From positions 7,750,001 to 7,814,000 of the forward strand of contig JBHGNT010000003.1 of assembly GCA_043228905.1 (NCBI GenBank): a stretch of 64,000 nucleotides of DNA, in the 5' to 3' direction. Origin of the DNA: Azolla caroliniana. Taxonomy: Eukaryota; Plantae; Polypodiophyta. Positions 1 through 12,304 of the stretch are shown piece by piece (the first letter of the stretch is position 1; the number at the start of each line of letters is the position of its first letter). The position numbers were made by a program, and so were the translations under genes. Under the pieces are notes generated by a model. It was not told where the DNA came from, did no database searches, and saw only the letters and a program-made list of their open reading frames with translations.

Positions 1-255
1 TGTGATAATACAATTACAACTAAAACTCTGGTTACTTCTGAAGAATTATCTTCTAAACCACATTTACCAGAAAGAATTCTCAATGTTAAAACAAAAAAAT
101 TACGTACTAAAGAAATCCGAGAATTTAAAATAAAATGGATGGATAAATCAATAAAAGATGTCACATGGGAACGCGAAAATACTCTCAGAACTAACTTCCC
201 TAACTTTCCATTGCAAGTGTGCAATGTTTTAAAGAGGGGGATGTTACGGTCATGA
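1..255 (+). pseudogene. C-terminal chromodomain of a Ty3/gypsy chromovirus integrase (element continues left of the window)
   Basis: Frame 1 is open and reads ...PHLPERILNVKTKKLRTKEIREFKIKWMDKSIKDVTWERENTLRTNFP..., a chromodomain pattern (ERIL..K..R...EF.IKW......TWE.E). It runs into a polypurine tract AAAGAGGGGG (231-240) and then an LTR. Confidence 0.8.
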
Positions 256-692
256 CCATATAATATCCTGTGGTGAGAATTTACCATAGTATTCTATACA
301 CGTGTATAAGTGTGAGGGTTAAACGAGAGTGTAAAGAAGGGGAGGATTACTTTTAATCCTTGGGATTGAGAAAACCCATTAGGCCAAGTGTGAATTTGCC
401 TGGGGGCCTTGGGTATTGTTATAAATAAGAGGCCTAGCTACCCTCATTTGATCATCTTTTGACTACGTCAAGACTCTGTTCTTATGGTGGGTCAACTCTT
501 GTAGCGAGCTCGCTAGCACCAGGTACGACTCGACGCCACAATGGTGGTATGGGACGTCGATCGAGGCTCGAGTCTGTCTCGATCCCTTCGCTCGGGGGTG
601 GTCGGGTGGATCAACACCCTTCTTTCTCTCTCTTTTCTATCTATCTACCTTCTATCCTTATCATATGCTTAATTTAGATCATATCTCTAATA
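242..692 (+). mobile_element. 3' LTR of the chromovirus family ('LTR-Chr', about 450 bp)
   Basis: Starts TGTTACGG right after the PPT and ends TCTCTAATA. The same sequence recurs at 1310-1587(-), 31780-32235(-) and 35683-36144(+). Confidence 0.85.
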
Positions 693-893
693 ATTTCGAT
701 CCTCGTCCAAGTATGTATCAGTTGCACATTACATGTATTAAAAAATCTTTCTTTGTCCTTTCTGATAACTGTAATTGTCTTGCATGTTCTTCTTTTATAA
801 AAAACAATTAGGGCGAAGTTGTTGGAGTCCCAAACAAGGATTTCTCGAAGATTGAGGTGTAGTAGTAGTGTGTTTCTGATTGACAAAAATTCT

Positions 894-990
894 GATTAGG
901 GTTGATTTCATTCATATTTTAGATTAGGGTTTTTGATTAAGGTTTTTGATTAATGTTTTTTATTAGGGTTTTTGATTAAGGTTTTTGATT
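894..990. repeat. Short tandem array of telobox-like units (GATTAGGGTTTTT, about 13 bp)
   Basis: Repeated gattagggtttttgattaaggtttttgatt...; the reverse complement contains AAACCCTAAT. Confidence 0.6.
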
Positions 991-1309
991 TTTTAAGCGG
1001 TCGATTTTTTATTACTGTTGAAAATTTCAGATTTAGGGTTGGAATTTTGCACCAATTCACATTTCTGATTTCAATGCTTGTGTGTTTGCAAACTTCCCCC
1101 AAACTTGATTTAGGATTTGGGTGAATGTGGCTAATTTTTTATTTTTGATTCTTCCCTACCAATTATGATTCTAACACATATGTCATCTTGTGGGGCAGAG
1201 GTAACATGTATTCTTTTTTTATTTAAGGTGGCTCGTTCCTTCATATCCTAGAGTCCTTAACTTTGAAAAAAAATTGCGAAACAAAGGAGGACTTTAACAA
1301 CATATATGG

Positions 1310-1587
1310 TATTACAAATATGATCTAATGTAAGCATATGATAAGGAGAAAAGAATGATAGATAGAAAGGAGAGAGAAAAAGAAGGGTGCCGATCCACCC
1401 GACCACCCCCGAGCGAAGGGATCGAGATGGACTCGAGCCTCGATCGGCGTCCCATACCACCGTCGTGACATCAAGTCGTAATTGGTGTTGGCGCGCTCGC
1501 TACAAGAGTTGAACCACCACGAAACAGTGTCTCGACGTAGTCAAAAGATGATGAAATGAGGGTAGCTAGGCATCTCATTTATAGCGA
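1310..1587 (-). mobile_element. Truncated LTR-Chr copy (3' part), inverted relative to 242-692
   Basis: Reverse complement matches about 415-692. It breaks at TATAGCGA|TGTCG, where the full copy continues TACCCAAGG. Confidence 0.8.
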
Positions 1588-2218
1588 TGTCGTAATGTGA
1601 ATCACACACTACGTGAAATATGTATAACACTATATCCGATTTAGAGTACGTATAATAAATAAAAATAAAATATTAAAAATATTTATTGCATGCATAGGGC
1701 AGGATTAGAACCCTGTACCTCCACGTAGATAAACCCTAGCCTTACTACTATACTAGCATACTATGAATTTTAAAGTTATACTAAACTTTATCCCATGTAA
1801 ATATTCTAGATATGCATGGTACAAAAAGGTATTCATGCATGCACACTCGAGTTAAAAGAAAAGATGGGATAGAAAGCTAATCATGCACATGTAGTGTGCA
1901 TGAAAACTAAAGTTAGGAAAAGCATGATGCTTGCATGTGATAAACTTAGACTCTTCCAACACTATATAAGGAAGAGAGAAAGATGTATAGGGTTGTTGAT
2001 TTTTTATAAGGATTGATTAATACAAAATATTCGTGGGATTCACGATTTTACCATCTAATTCTCTCTTACAATCTAAGTATCCATTAATACATTATACTCG
2101 TGGGATTCACGAGTTTCATATCTCCATCTTGCAATCTATTTGTGGGGATTTCAGAAGGACTGCAAGTGACATCCTTCAACTGGGTAGCTATCGACGGGCT
2201 TCAAGCAAGTATCCACGG
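1588..2218. mobile_element. Probable LTR fragment of another family that interrupts LTR-Chr
   Basis: Begins TGTCGTAATG exactly at the LTR-Chr break and has a TATA-like CTATATAAG near 1962. No partner LTR or TSD is visible. Confidence 0.4.
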
Positions 2219-2997
2219 TGTCGCATTGTTACACGCGTGCGTGGAGAAAGGCGGGACCACGGGGGTCTTGGACTAGGGAGTGATGGAGTGTAGGAAGTCG
2301 TGCTTCACCGTTACTGGGGCATCTCAGAAACACAACGGAAGCAACCGAAGGGAGAGAGAGCGAGAGAGAGAGAGCGTGTTTAACACTGACTTACGCACAC
2401 ACACGTACACACACGCACACACACGCACACACAGCCGGACCCGACCCACGCCTTATGTACAGAAACGTAGGAGAGGGTAAGCACCCGACGCCAACAACGA
2501 CGCGAATATACACAGACAAACGTATATATATATATATATATAAGAAGAATACACTCCCGGCTTCGAGCCGGACCAGGATAGTTTACAACAGTCGTCTGCT
2601 ATCAAGCCGCCGTTGGGGAGCTCTCGGGCTCGTCGCACCGAGCGGGGTCTTGCACAGGAGATAAGCTGCAGCCAACCCTAAACGAACACGAAGGGGAAGA
2701 AGAAGAAGCAGAAGAAACCTAACCCTAAACCTACCGGTATACCCTCTAATCCAAAATGGGCAACCCTTTTACAAAGGGCGTTCCCTCCCTTTTATAGAAC
2801 AAGGAGAGGGTCGTGTTACAATGTGGGACAAATCCTGACTTTCATGGGATTGTCTATCCCAACTTGACTACTCTTCGGCGCCATAAAGGCGCCCTCGATA
2901 TTCACACCAAATGTACATGGGTGCATACACACGCTGCACCCCGCCGATGTAGACAATGTTTCCCGGTTTTCGCCTATGGCCGAAATTCTTCACGACA
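2219..2997 (-). repeat. 3' LTR of G (779 bp)
   Basis: TGTCGCATTG...TTCACGACA, abutted by TCCGCCCCCA (minus-strand PPT TGGGGGCGGA). Contains GA, CA and TA microsatellites. Confidence 0.8.
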
Positions 2998-5364
2998 TCC
3001 GCCCCCACCTAACTGCACGTCCACCGGTACGTGCCAAATCTGGTTGAAGGGTGAGAGATTTCGGCCGGTGAGAAACCGGTCTTCCGTGATCCGCATCTCG
3101 GCTCGCTGCCAGTTTGATCCGGCGGCTTCGACTCTTCCTTCGCGCTCGCCTCCCCGTAGGCTCGTTCGACCCGTCGATGGGTCCTCTGTCGCGATCTCCA
3201 TAGCATGCGTTCTTCCGTTGGCCCTTGTTCGGCCGTATGAACGCCCCGCTTCCCGCCGTATGCCCGATGTCGTCTGCTAGAGGAATGCCCGTGGCAGCCC
3301 GCTTGGCCTCCGTTGTCGAATCGTGATGTCCTGATGGTGTTTCGTGTTGCCTTCGTCCTTCTGCCACCACCTTCCTTCTCCATGGTCTTATATCGCCGCG
3401 TCGGCTCGAACCGCCATGGTCTCCGGAACGGTGTGGAAGATCCCTTTCCGGCCTTCCCCGCGCTCGCCTTTCCGCTCCGGCACCTCCGTGTCACCTACCC
3501 TCGTCTGTTGTTTGGCACCTCCCGTGTCGCACCTCGGTTTATTGCATGCCTCGTCGGCCCCCTTTTTGGCCAGATCGTGCATTGTCGTTTACCCTCATAC
3601 CGGTGTCCTTTGCATCCGAGGAACACCCCGTAGTAGCCCGCTTGGCCCTTCCCATCTTCGTGCTGCTACGATAAGTCTTGAGTCCTCCGCTTGCCGTCGT
3701 CCCCTCGCCCCCACCAACTTGTCACCCCGGGCTTGCCGTGTCAGTCTTTGCTACTTCAACGGAGCCACCGAGATCTACGAAGCGAGTGTGGAGGATCCTC
3801 CTCCGGCCTCTGTTGCCATTCCCTGACTCCGACCTTGTGCAGTCCACTAGGCACTTGGTCACCTCGTTCCCGGAACCTCCCTTGTGCCGTCTTCTGCTTC
3901 CTCCGTTCGGCCCTGCCCGCGCCGAACACCGTCCCGTAGTCACGCTTCGATCCGGCCCGCGATGGCCACTTGCGAGACTCTTGTTCTGTCCCAGGTGTGC
4001 CTTTCCGGCCTGACACACCTCTCCATGTTTGCCCCTATCGGCTCCTTCTGATACCTCGTGTCGTCGGGTCTCGTTCCCTGCTGCCACCGTCCTTCTCCCC
4101 CGGTCTCACGTTGCCACGTTGGCCGAACTGCCGGAGTCTCCGGATCAGTGTGAGGGTCCCATAGGGCCGGACTCCGTTTCTATGCTTGCCGAAAGTCGGG
4201 TGTCTTTAGTTTGAGTCCCTCCCAGACTCTCCTCGTGCCTTCCGCGTAGCCGGGTCCCGTTTCCCGCCGCCACCAACCTTCTCTCTCGGTCTCATGTTGC
4301 CACGTTGGCCGAATTGCCGGAGTCTCTGGTTAAGTGTGGGGATCCCGTAGGACCGGACTTCCTTATGCCCATTGTCTTCGTCACCTCGCCGCCACCGTCA
4401 GTATCTTGGTCTTACGTCGACCGCGTTGCCGACTGCCGAAGTCTCTAGAACCGGTTTGAAGGATCCTCCGTAGACCGCCCTTCCGTAGCCCTTGTCTTCG
4501 TCACCTCGCTGCCACCGTCAGTATCTTGGTCTTACGTCGACCGCGTTGCCGACTGCCGAACTCTCTAGAACCGGTGTGAAGGATCCTCCTCGGGCGTTCA
4601 TCACCTTCTTGACCCTGTCCCGGGTCATCCTTTTCCGCATGTCGAGAGGGCGTTTTGTTCCGCACCCTCTCCCGTGGTACCGACGTACCGTGTCCTCGGC
4701 CTCTTCGTAGGCCTGCTCTCTTCCTCCCTCCAGGAATGGTCATCCGGGAGTCCGCTCCGCCCGGTTCTCGTCCGGGTCCGTTCGTCCTTCTCCGGATTGC
4801 CGAGTCCCGTTCTCCTGTCACCACCGATCTCTCTTATAGGACTCACGCCGGCACTCGGGCCTGCAGCCGGATCGGTGTAAGGAATCCCATAGGACCGGCT
4901 TCCATTCTCATTCCTAATCTCGACCTTCGCCCGGTCGGTCTTTCTCCCCATGTAAAAGAGGGCGGCTCGTCCCGCACCCTCTTCCGTATCGGCCCCTTCA
5001 TGCCGAGTCCGGCCCCGATCGAACGATCCACGACCGGATCATGCTCCACCTGTATCGGAATGCCGATCGCCTCGTGCCGCGTCCGCCCTCGGCCTCCTCG
5101 CAGGACGTTTCCCATCCGACTTCGCTGGCATCGTGCTAGGACTCCTCGGTACCGCCATCCATCTCCTCGGTCTTCCATGGGCATACGGGCCTGAATGCCG
5201 AGTTCTCCGGAATCGGGTCCGTGGGCTTTCGTCCGCTCCTTCCCCGTATCGTCTCGCCGGTGATTCTTGGCCCTCCGCCGCCGCCTTCCTCTGCTTGGGA
5301 CTCACGTGGGTACTCGGGCCCGACTGCCATCGTCTTGGGAGAAAGTGTGGGAAGACACAAAGAA

Positions 5365-6396
5365 TCACCCGTCCGTAGCCACCGACTCTTCGTGGTCAGC
5401 GGCGGTCTTCTTACTGATCGCGCAAGCCCCGTCTGGGCTTGATTCTCCAATGACCGGGATCTCGGGCTGACACGCCCGAAACCGCTGGTCCCAACGTTCC
5501 GGTTCCGCAATCTGTATCTCGACCTCGTCCTTGGCCGTCCTCTTTCCACAAGTCGAGAGGGTCGCTCGCTCCACACCCTCTCCCACATCGTCGCCGTCGT
5601 GGTCGCCCGTTTTGCTGCCACCACCGTCCGTCACTCTAGGTCTCACACCGGCTCTCGGGCCGGTTGCCGGAGTCTCTAGGCCCGATGTGCGTAAGGTCGC
5701 GGCACCACCGCAAGTCTTCTCCCCGCTCGATGCTTCGGGCCTCCGTGCCCGACCTCCCTCATGTCCGCTCAAATCGGCGATCGCCGCCTCACCGTCCTCG
5801 ACCTCGTCCTCGGTCGATCTTTCTCCGCATGTCGAGAGGGTGACTCGTCCCGCACCCCCTCCCGTGGTACCGTGGTACCGATCTTCCACCGTCGCGCGAG
5901 GCAAGTCCGTCTCCTCGGTCTCAGCTTCTGGCCTCGATCCCCCCTCTTCCTCGAGCATTGCTTTGAGCGCTACGTACGCCTCCGCAATCCTGGCCCCAAC
6001 GCCGACCCTTGCCGACTCTCTTTGCCGTTCAGCCTCTTCCCGCTGTGATGGCACGCCGTCGCGTACCTTCCTCTTAGCCTTATCGGCTCGCTCGTTGTCT
6101 AGCCTTTGGCACACCCTTCCGACCTTCGACGAGTCCTCCGTAAGCCCATTCGCTCCATCATCGTCTTCGAGCTCAATCCCGATGGCTTCCCGTTCCGCCC
6201 GGTCGATCGACCTGACGAACAAAAGGACTTTGTCTGCCCCCACCAAACCTTGTTCCCGCTCTGGGAGCCGAGCAAGTCTTCGCTCGAATTCCCGGAACGC
6301 CTTCGTCGCACCCCGGTGGGTCTTTGCCGATGCTACCCACTGGTCGAAGTGGTGCTGTCCCCGGCTCTTCCGCCGTCCTCCGTATGCCTTCGTTCC
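5365..6396 (-). pseudogene. Second, diverged gag-like ORF downstream of pol in G
   Basis: FDQWVASAKTHRGATKAFREFERRLARL...DKVLLFVRSIDRAEREAIGIELEDDDGANGLTED aligns with the element's own gag FMAWVESPGKGRNMSVLLQEFEKRFARL...SRVLLFVKSVDALDREKVGPLLETDKGLTAD (27046-27327). Confidence 0.75.
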
Positions 6397-6399
6397 GTA

Positions 6400-8504
6400 G
6401 TGCCAGGCCTAGGAACTCTCGTGAAATGCCGCCAGTAGTTCCTCCTGTTCTTCTTTCTTTGCCACTACTTGGAGCGGGACGCCGTTTCTTTTCTTTGGGT
6501 GCCTCCATATGCACTCGTCCCGCAGGAAGAATCAGTACGTCTTCTTCCGTACCCGGCTCGCCTCTTCTCTCGTCCATGATGCGTCCGGCGTCATCGTCCA
6601 TAGGAACCTCCCGATTTGGAGCCACTCCCCGTCGTACCTGCTTTCGTCAAATTCGTTAAGCGCCGGAGTGTCCATTTTCCTCGGTGTTACGTTAGCCGAC
6701 CTGAAGAAGTCCTCGCCGACTTCTTCGTCATCCGAAACCATGTCGTCTTCGTCGTTGAACCTCGCTCTCGAAAGCATGTCGACCATGGCATTGTCCTTTC
6801 CGGAGATGTGTTGTATCTCCGGGTTCAGGGACTTAATGTATGCTATCCACCGGAGCATTGCTAGGTCCGGCGTTGTGCATCCGGAAACCATGCCGAGTAT
6901 CGGCAAGCAGTCCGTCTCGATGATCACCTCTGTTCGGATCAGATAGTCCTTGTCAGCCTTGACTGCCGAAACGATACCCCAAAGCTCGCGCTTAACTTGG
7001 GCGTATCCTCGTTGCCACTCGCTCAATACCTTCGCCCCGAACCGGATCAGGAATCGTATTCTGTCCTTGTCCTCCTGACTGATTACCCACCCGATCCCGG
7101 TCGGGCTCGTGTCCACCGTCATGCAAATGGGGACACCCTTGCCGTAAACCGCTTTACGGAGGGCCGGTGCTACCGTAAGCGCCTCCTTTAGTCTCCGGAC
7201 CGACTCCGTGTGCTCCGTCCTCCACTCGAACCCACGCCCTTTCTTCAATAGCCCGTAGAGAGACTCCGCAACATGCGCGTAGTGCGAAATCCAGATGTGG
7301 TAGAACGCGCATGCTCCCAAGAATCTGCGGACCTCCGTGACCGACCCGCAATCGTCCCTCATCGCTGAGATGGCCTTTACCTTGGCCGGAGACGGTTTCC
7401 TACCGTAGGGCCCGCACAGGTGTCCGACCACCAAGATCTCCGACTGCCCGAACGCCAATTTTTCTCCGGAGAAGGTGAGTCGTGCGTTTTTGAGCCTTTG
7501 CAGCACCTTCTCGCAGTCGTTGATGTGGTTCACGATGAACCTCCAGCATTCGTCTAGCCTGACAGCTTCGTCCGCGTGCTTCACCGAACACCCCTTTATC
7601 GGGATGTCATCCAAGAATGACATGGTGAGTCCGGGATGCAGTCCCTTAGCACCTTGTTCATTGCGTTCACCATATGCGCCACCAAATTTGTCCCGCCTTG
7701 TGGTAGGATGCACATCCGTACTAGGCCGAGAGGAGTTCACATCATCGTGATATCCCTGCTTTCCACGGCTAACTGGAACTGGTCGTACCCCGAGTATAAG
7801 TCACCAACCGACTAGATCGACCTTCCAACGAAGGCCTCCGCGAACTCGTCTATGGTCGGTCTGATTCCTGCGTTACGGATGGTCACCTTGTTCACCGGTT
7901 GCAGGTCCTGAATGAAGTGCAGCGTGCCGTTCTTCTTCGGCACCGTAAACCACCGATTCGAATACGGGGCACTCGACGGTTCGAGGATGCCCATCTCTAC
8001 CTTTTGCTTTAGAAGCTCCATCAACTTCGGGATGTGAGCTCATGGCACCGGAATCAGTTTGAGATTACACGGTACATGCGGAACCGTGAAGGTCACCATC
8101 GGTTCGACGATCGTCGGGTCCACGCACCTGATCTGCTCCGGCGAGAACGCGAAGGCTTTCCCATGCCTTCCGAGCATTCTCTGAAACCTGTTCTCCTCCG
8201 CCGGCAGTAGAAAGCCACCCCCACCAACCTTGAGCTCCCGTAGCGTTATGTCGGTGAACCGGTGCCCTATGCCAGCTGGATTCCATAAACTCGGGTCCGA
8301 CGCGACCCCTTTTATCCGCTCCTTGCTGCCCTCCGGCAAGGGTGCCACGACTGGCCTCACCTTCCAGTCCACAGTCTTGTACTTTGTATCCACGCGGATC
8401 GTCCGATCCGACCCGATCCTTTCCCCGAAGTCCGCGATGACTTCATACATTCCCATCGAACCTACTGGAACGGTCCGGTCTTCTCTAAGGTCTTCACCTA
8501 TCAC
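6400..8504 (-). pseudogene. pol of G: RT and RNase H, with only the start of the integrase zinc finger (frameshifted, stops)
   Basis: GILEPSSAPYSNRWFTVPKKNG, FIQDLQPVN, FLDDIPIKG, EVRRFLG, TVDTSPTGIGW, KRELWG, ETDCLPIL, HISGKDNAMVDMLSR. Ends at AAFHESS*AWHYG with no DDE core. Confidence 0.85.
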
Positions 8505-8679
8505 CTTTCACAACTTGCCAAGGTGTCGTCAAAAGAGACCGCCTCCACGGGGCCGCTGATGTCTTCGTCGGGGAAGAGGACTCCGCATCCCCTGCGCCGC
8601 TCCTCTGCTCGCTTCCTTTCCCAGCCGTTGACGCCGGCCATAGTACAACCGCCGTTGTCGGAGAACCAAAATTTCATAC

Positions 8680-10162
8680 CTATGGTATAGGTCTTCTTCC
8701 GTATTGTACATTTGTGGGGTTTAGAACTGAACCAAGTGACGCCCGTCCTGACTCTTGACTCTTGCATAGGCTGAACTGTTGTCTAGCACCTTGGTCTCCA
8801 TCTGTGCCGCCGTGATGTATGGCTCTCCTAGTATAACCGGATGCAAGGATGTCTCCTGCATGAAGAAGTGTTGGTCGATCTCGACATCGCCGATTTTCAC
8901 CCGTACGCTCCATGTAGTTCTTCCATGGTGCGCGTCGCTGCCTGTATTTTCCAGCCATGCTTGGTGTTGATCGGCCATTTACCCCTCTTGTAGAAATCCA
9001 TGGAATCCAGGTTGATTTTGGATCCATGGTCTACCAAGGCCACCACCGGTTCCGGAACATTGCCGATCCGTACAGGGGTTTCCGTAGTTGCCCTGGCCCA
9101 ATGCGGCTTCGTGTAATGGCTTTCTGCCAACTCGTCTGCTAGGGCCGCATCTTCCAAGAGCGTGGTCCGCACCTCCACCGGCTTCTCCGGTTCCGGCTCC
9201 GTCGACAGCCTTTTCCTCTTCACCAAGTCTACGATGGAGTCGTGGAACTCCTTCTTGGCAATCCCGAGCACTTCCCTCAGCGACCGCTCCACTTTGTTGT
9301 CGAGGATACGTTCCTCCAGGACCTTTCGCAGGTCTGTGGTCCTTTCGATTTCGGTGCTCAACCGAAACCCCGCCTGCTTCTTCCGTCCGGCGCGCCCGGG
9401 TTGTCGGCACCGATCGATTTTGGTCCGAACCAGATCTCATACCTCTGTGGGGGACCGATCCCTCCGGCCTTTCCTGCCCGTTTGTCTTCCACCAGAACCT
9501 CGTAGTTCTGGCAAGCGGCTTCTATGAAGCCCGTTTTCTCTTCGACCGGATCGTCCCAACCGGTGACCTCCTAGACCCGTTGTTCTGCGCGGTCCGCATC
9601 TTCCTTCTTCAGCCGAACTCCGGAGAGGCCTTCTAGCACTAGCGGCCAGAATCCAGAGTCCTTCGCCTTCCGGGTTTCATCACCCCCGACCCGAATTCCC
9701 GCCGACACTGAGTAGTTAACGGCTTCAACATGTCGTGCCGCGGCCTCTTCCATCAACCTCTTCATTCCACCGCACCCCGTATTCAGTTCTAGGGCTCTCC
9801 GGGTCTCGCTCGCGTGCACCCGCCAGTTCCAGAGGTACACCACATTGGTCCTGAGCGCGTCGGTGAAATCCGCGCAATCCCTCCGAATGTGACCAATTGC
9901 GTCACACCACATGCACCGCTGCCCAGCCGGCGGCCTCCAGTCGAGAGGTTGTTCGCCGCTGTCTCTTTGGGCCTGTGTGATCTATAGGTCGCGCACCATT
10001 TGTGTCAACTCCTCCAGAACCGCTCCTCCGGATGGGCCTCTGACCACGTCATTCGATGCCGACCCCGACTCTGGCCAGATTCGGGTCTCTTCCTTCCTAT
10101 CGGCCGGCACCGATACCGGCTCCTCGAGCCTCCTCCCCGGGACCGGCCCTGACCCCGACGAG
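8680..10162 (-). pseudogene. gag C-terminus and aspartic protease of G
   Basis: Zinc knuckle CMWCDAIGHIRRDC near 9880-9915; protease motifs VALVDHGSKINL and VILGEPY; several frameshifts. Confidence 0.8.
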
Positions 10163-10575
10163 CTTCCTATCAGGAAACAGGTCCCTCTGGATGGGAAGAC
10201 TCGGTGAGAACCAGAAGACAAGTACTTGGCTACGACAGACCCAATGAGAACCGGATGAGGAAGACCCGGCAACAGAAGACCCGGTGGGAACTGGATGAGG
10301 AGTACCCGGTGAGAACCAGATGAGGAGTACCCGGCTACGGAAGACCCGGTGGGAACCGGATGAGGAGTACCCGGCAAGAGCCGGATGGTGAAGGCCCGGT
10401 GAGAAGTTCTCACCGGATGAAGGGACATATTCGTAGATATGTTTTTGAGGGTCCATCGAGGCTATATTTGTAAATAGCCGAAAAGTCATGTTAGTATAAA
10501 TATGACTTAGGGCAAACAGTGTGATAGTAAGGTTGTCATTCTTATTGGTGCAAGAAGAGTGAGCGCGTAACAGTG

Positions 10576-10614
<39 letters not shown>

Positions 10615-10915
10615 GTCGTTGCCTCTGTTGTAACTGCCACCTGTGGCGAAGATCGTGAGCACGAGGTCGTTGCCTCCGTGAGCTCACTTTTGTAATCATT
10701 GTAACATAGTGATAGTTTGCAGCCTGTGGGCTGCCGTGGTTTTTTCCCTAGTTTGGGATTTCCACGTAAACATCCTATGTACTCTTCTCTTCACTGTGTC
10801 GTGCGTTCATTTCCCATTTTCTATGTATGATTCTAAGCTCGGTTGTGGCCGAGCGTTGCGCATAAGGAGCGTGCAGTTCCTGTCAAAGTGGTATCAGAGC
10901 GAAACGACACAGAAA

Positions 10916-11345
10916 ATGGATGAATCGTTGGGAGGTATGTTCAAGCTCACCGGCTCCAACTATTCGGTGTGGAAGTCGAAGATGAGGGACATGCTCGTGG
11001 TTAAAGATCTTTGGTTGCCGGTTCAATTCGGGGACAAGAGACCGGACAAGATCGACGCCGCGATATGGGAGGTGATGCACATGAAGACAACGGCGTACAT
11101 ACGGTGCTTCATCAACATGAGCCTATACAACAACTTCAATGAAGAGAGCAAGGCTCATGAGCTCTAGGAGAAGATCACCATTATGTTTCAAAACAAAAAT
11201 GTTGTTAACTAGGTTTCGGTATTCCGGAAGCTAGTAAGACTCTGGTACCAAGATGGCTCCAGCATGGCGGAGCACACGAATGCCTTCCAGGGGCTGATCC
11301 ACCAGGCAACATCATTGGAAGTACCTCTCGCCGACGAGGTACTAG
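10916..11345 (+). pseudogene. gag N-terminus of Copia A
   Basis: MDESLGGMFKLTGSNYSVWKSKMRDMLVVKDLW, with in-frame stops; resumes at 22063 after Copia B. Confidence 0.85.
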
Positions 11346-12304
11346 TGTCGAATACATGTGTATAATGGACGTATTCACACTATCTCGTTTTGGCCATTTA
11401 TGTAATTAGCATAAAGGGTAGTTGCCCTAAGTCGGTCACTATATATAGTGACCTTGCAACCTTTTTGTAAGGTTGGGTGTTGTATCATTACGTTGTGCAA
11501 TAAGAAACTCTTTTGTGCCTCTCTCTCTCTCTCTCTCTGTGCACGATCTATGATTCTGTTATACGCAGGTACTCAACAGCAATCGAATGCTGATTGATCT
11601 TCCGCATAGACGACCTCATCCCCAACATCTGGTATCAGAGCAGAGGTTCGGCCGTCATCACCGCCTGCACAGCATTCGGTTCTTCACTTCATCACGGCCT
11701 GCACAGTATTCGCGTCATTCGAAGAAAGAGAGAAGAAGAACAAAAACGAGGTTTGCACCTCATCGCGTTAGATCCTCTTGCTTGGAGTAAGCCATCAGGT
11801 TGTACTCTATTCCTTGTGATCGTAACCGCTCGAGGTGAAATCCCCTTGTGCATCATTGACACGATCGTGCTCCATTCGGTTAAACGGCATCCGAAGAGGT
11901 AATCAAACGCTGCTCGTTGTAACCACTCGGTGCAGATCGGTCTCAAGACAACAACCCCAAATTCGTGCTTCATCTGGCTGATCGACATTCGGGAGGATCA
12001 GTTGGATCCGTCTCTCTCGTTGCTGCAGTCAACCGAAGCAGAATCGGTCCAGATAATCGGTTTCAATAATCGGTATTCGGCATATATATCCGAAACGAAC
12101 CGGGCTCACTCCGACTCGGCAACATTCGGGAAGACCAGTCGGTTCTGTCCCTCAAGCTACCGGAGTCAATTCGAGCAAGTTCCGAAGCCGAACCGACTCG
12201 GGTTCAAATCCGACTAGAACGATATCGGGTGAGCCAACCGGCTGCACTCCAACAAGGTTCGTAGTCAACTCCGAACCGAGCTTCGTCAACCGAAACCAAA
12301 TTTG

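Noticed and set aside
2800-10700. Many overlapping 60-290 aa ORFs on both strands
   Set aside because: Expected in GC-rich retroelement DNA. Only frames with recognisable gag or pol homology were kept.
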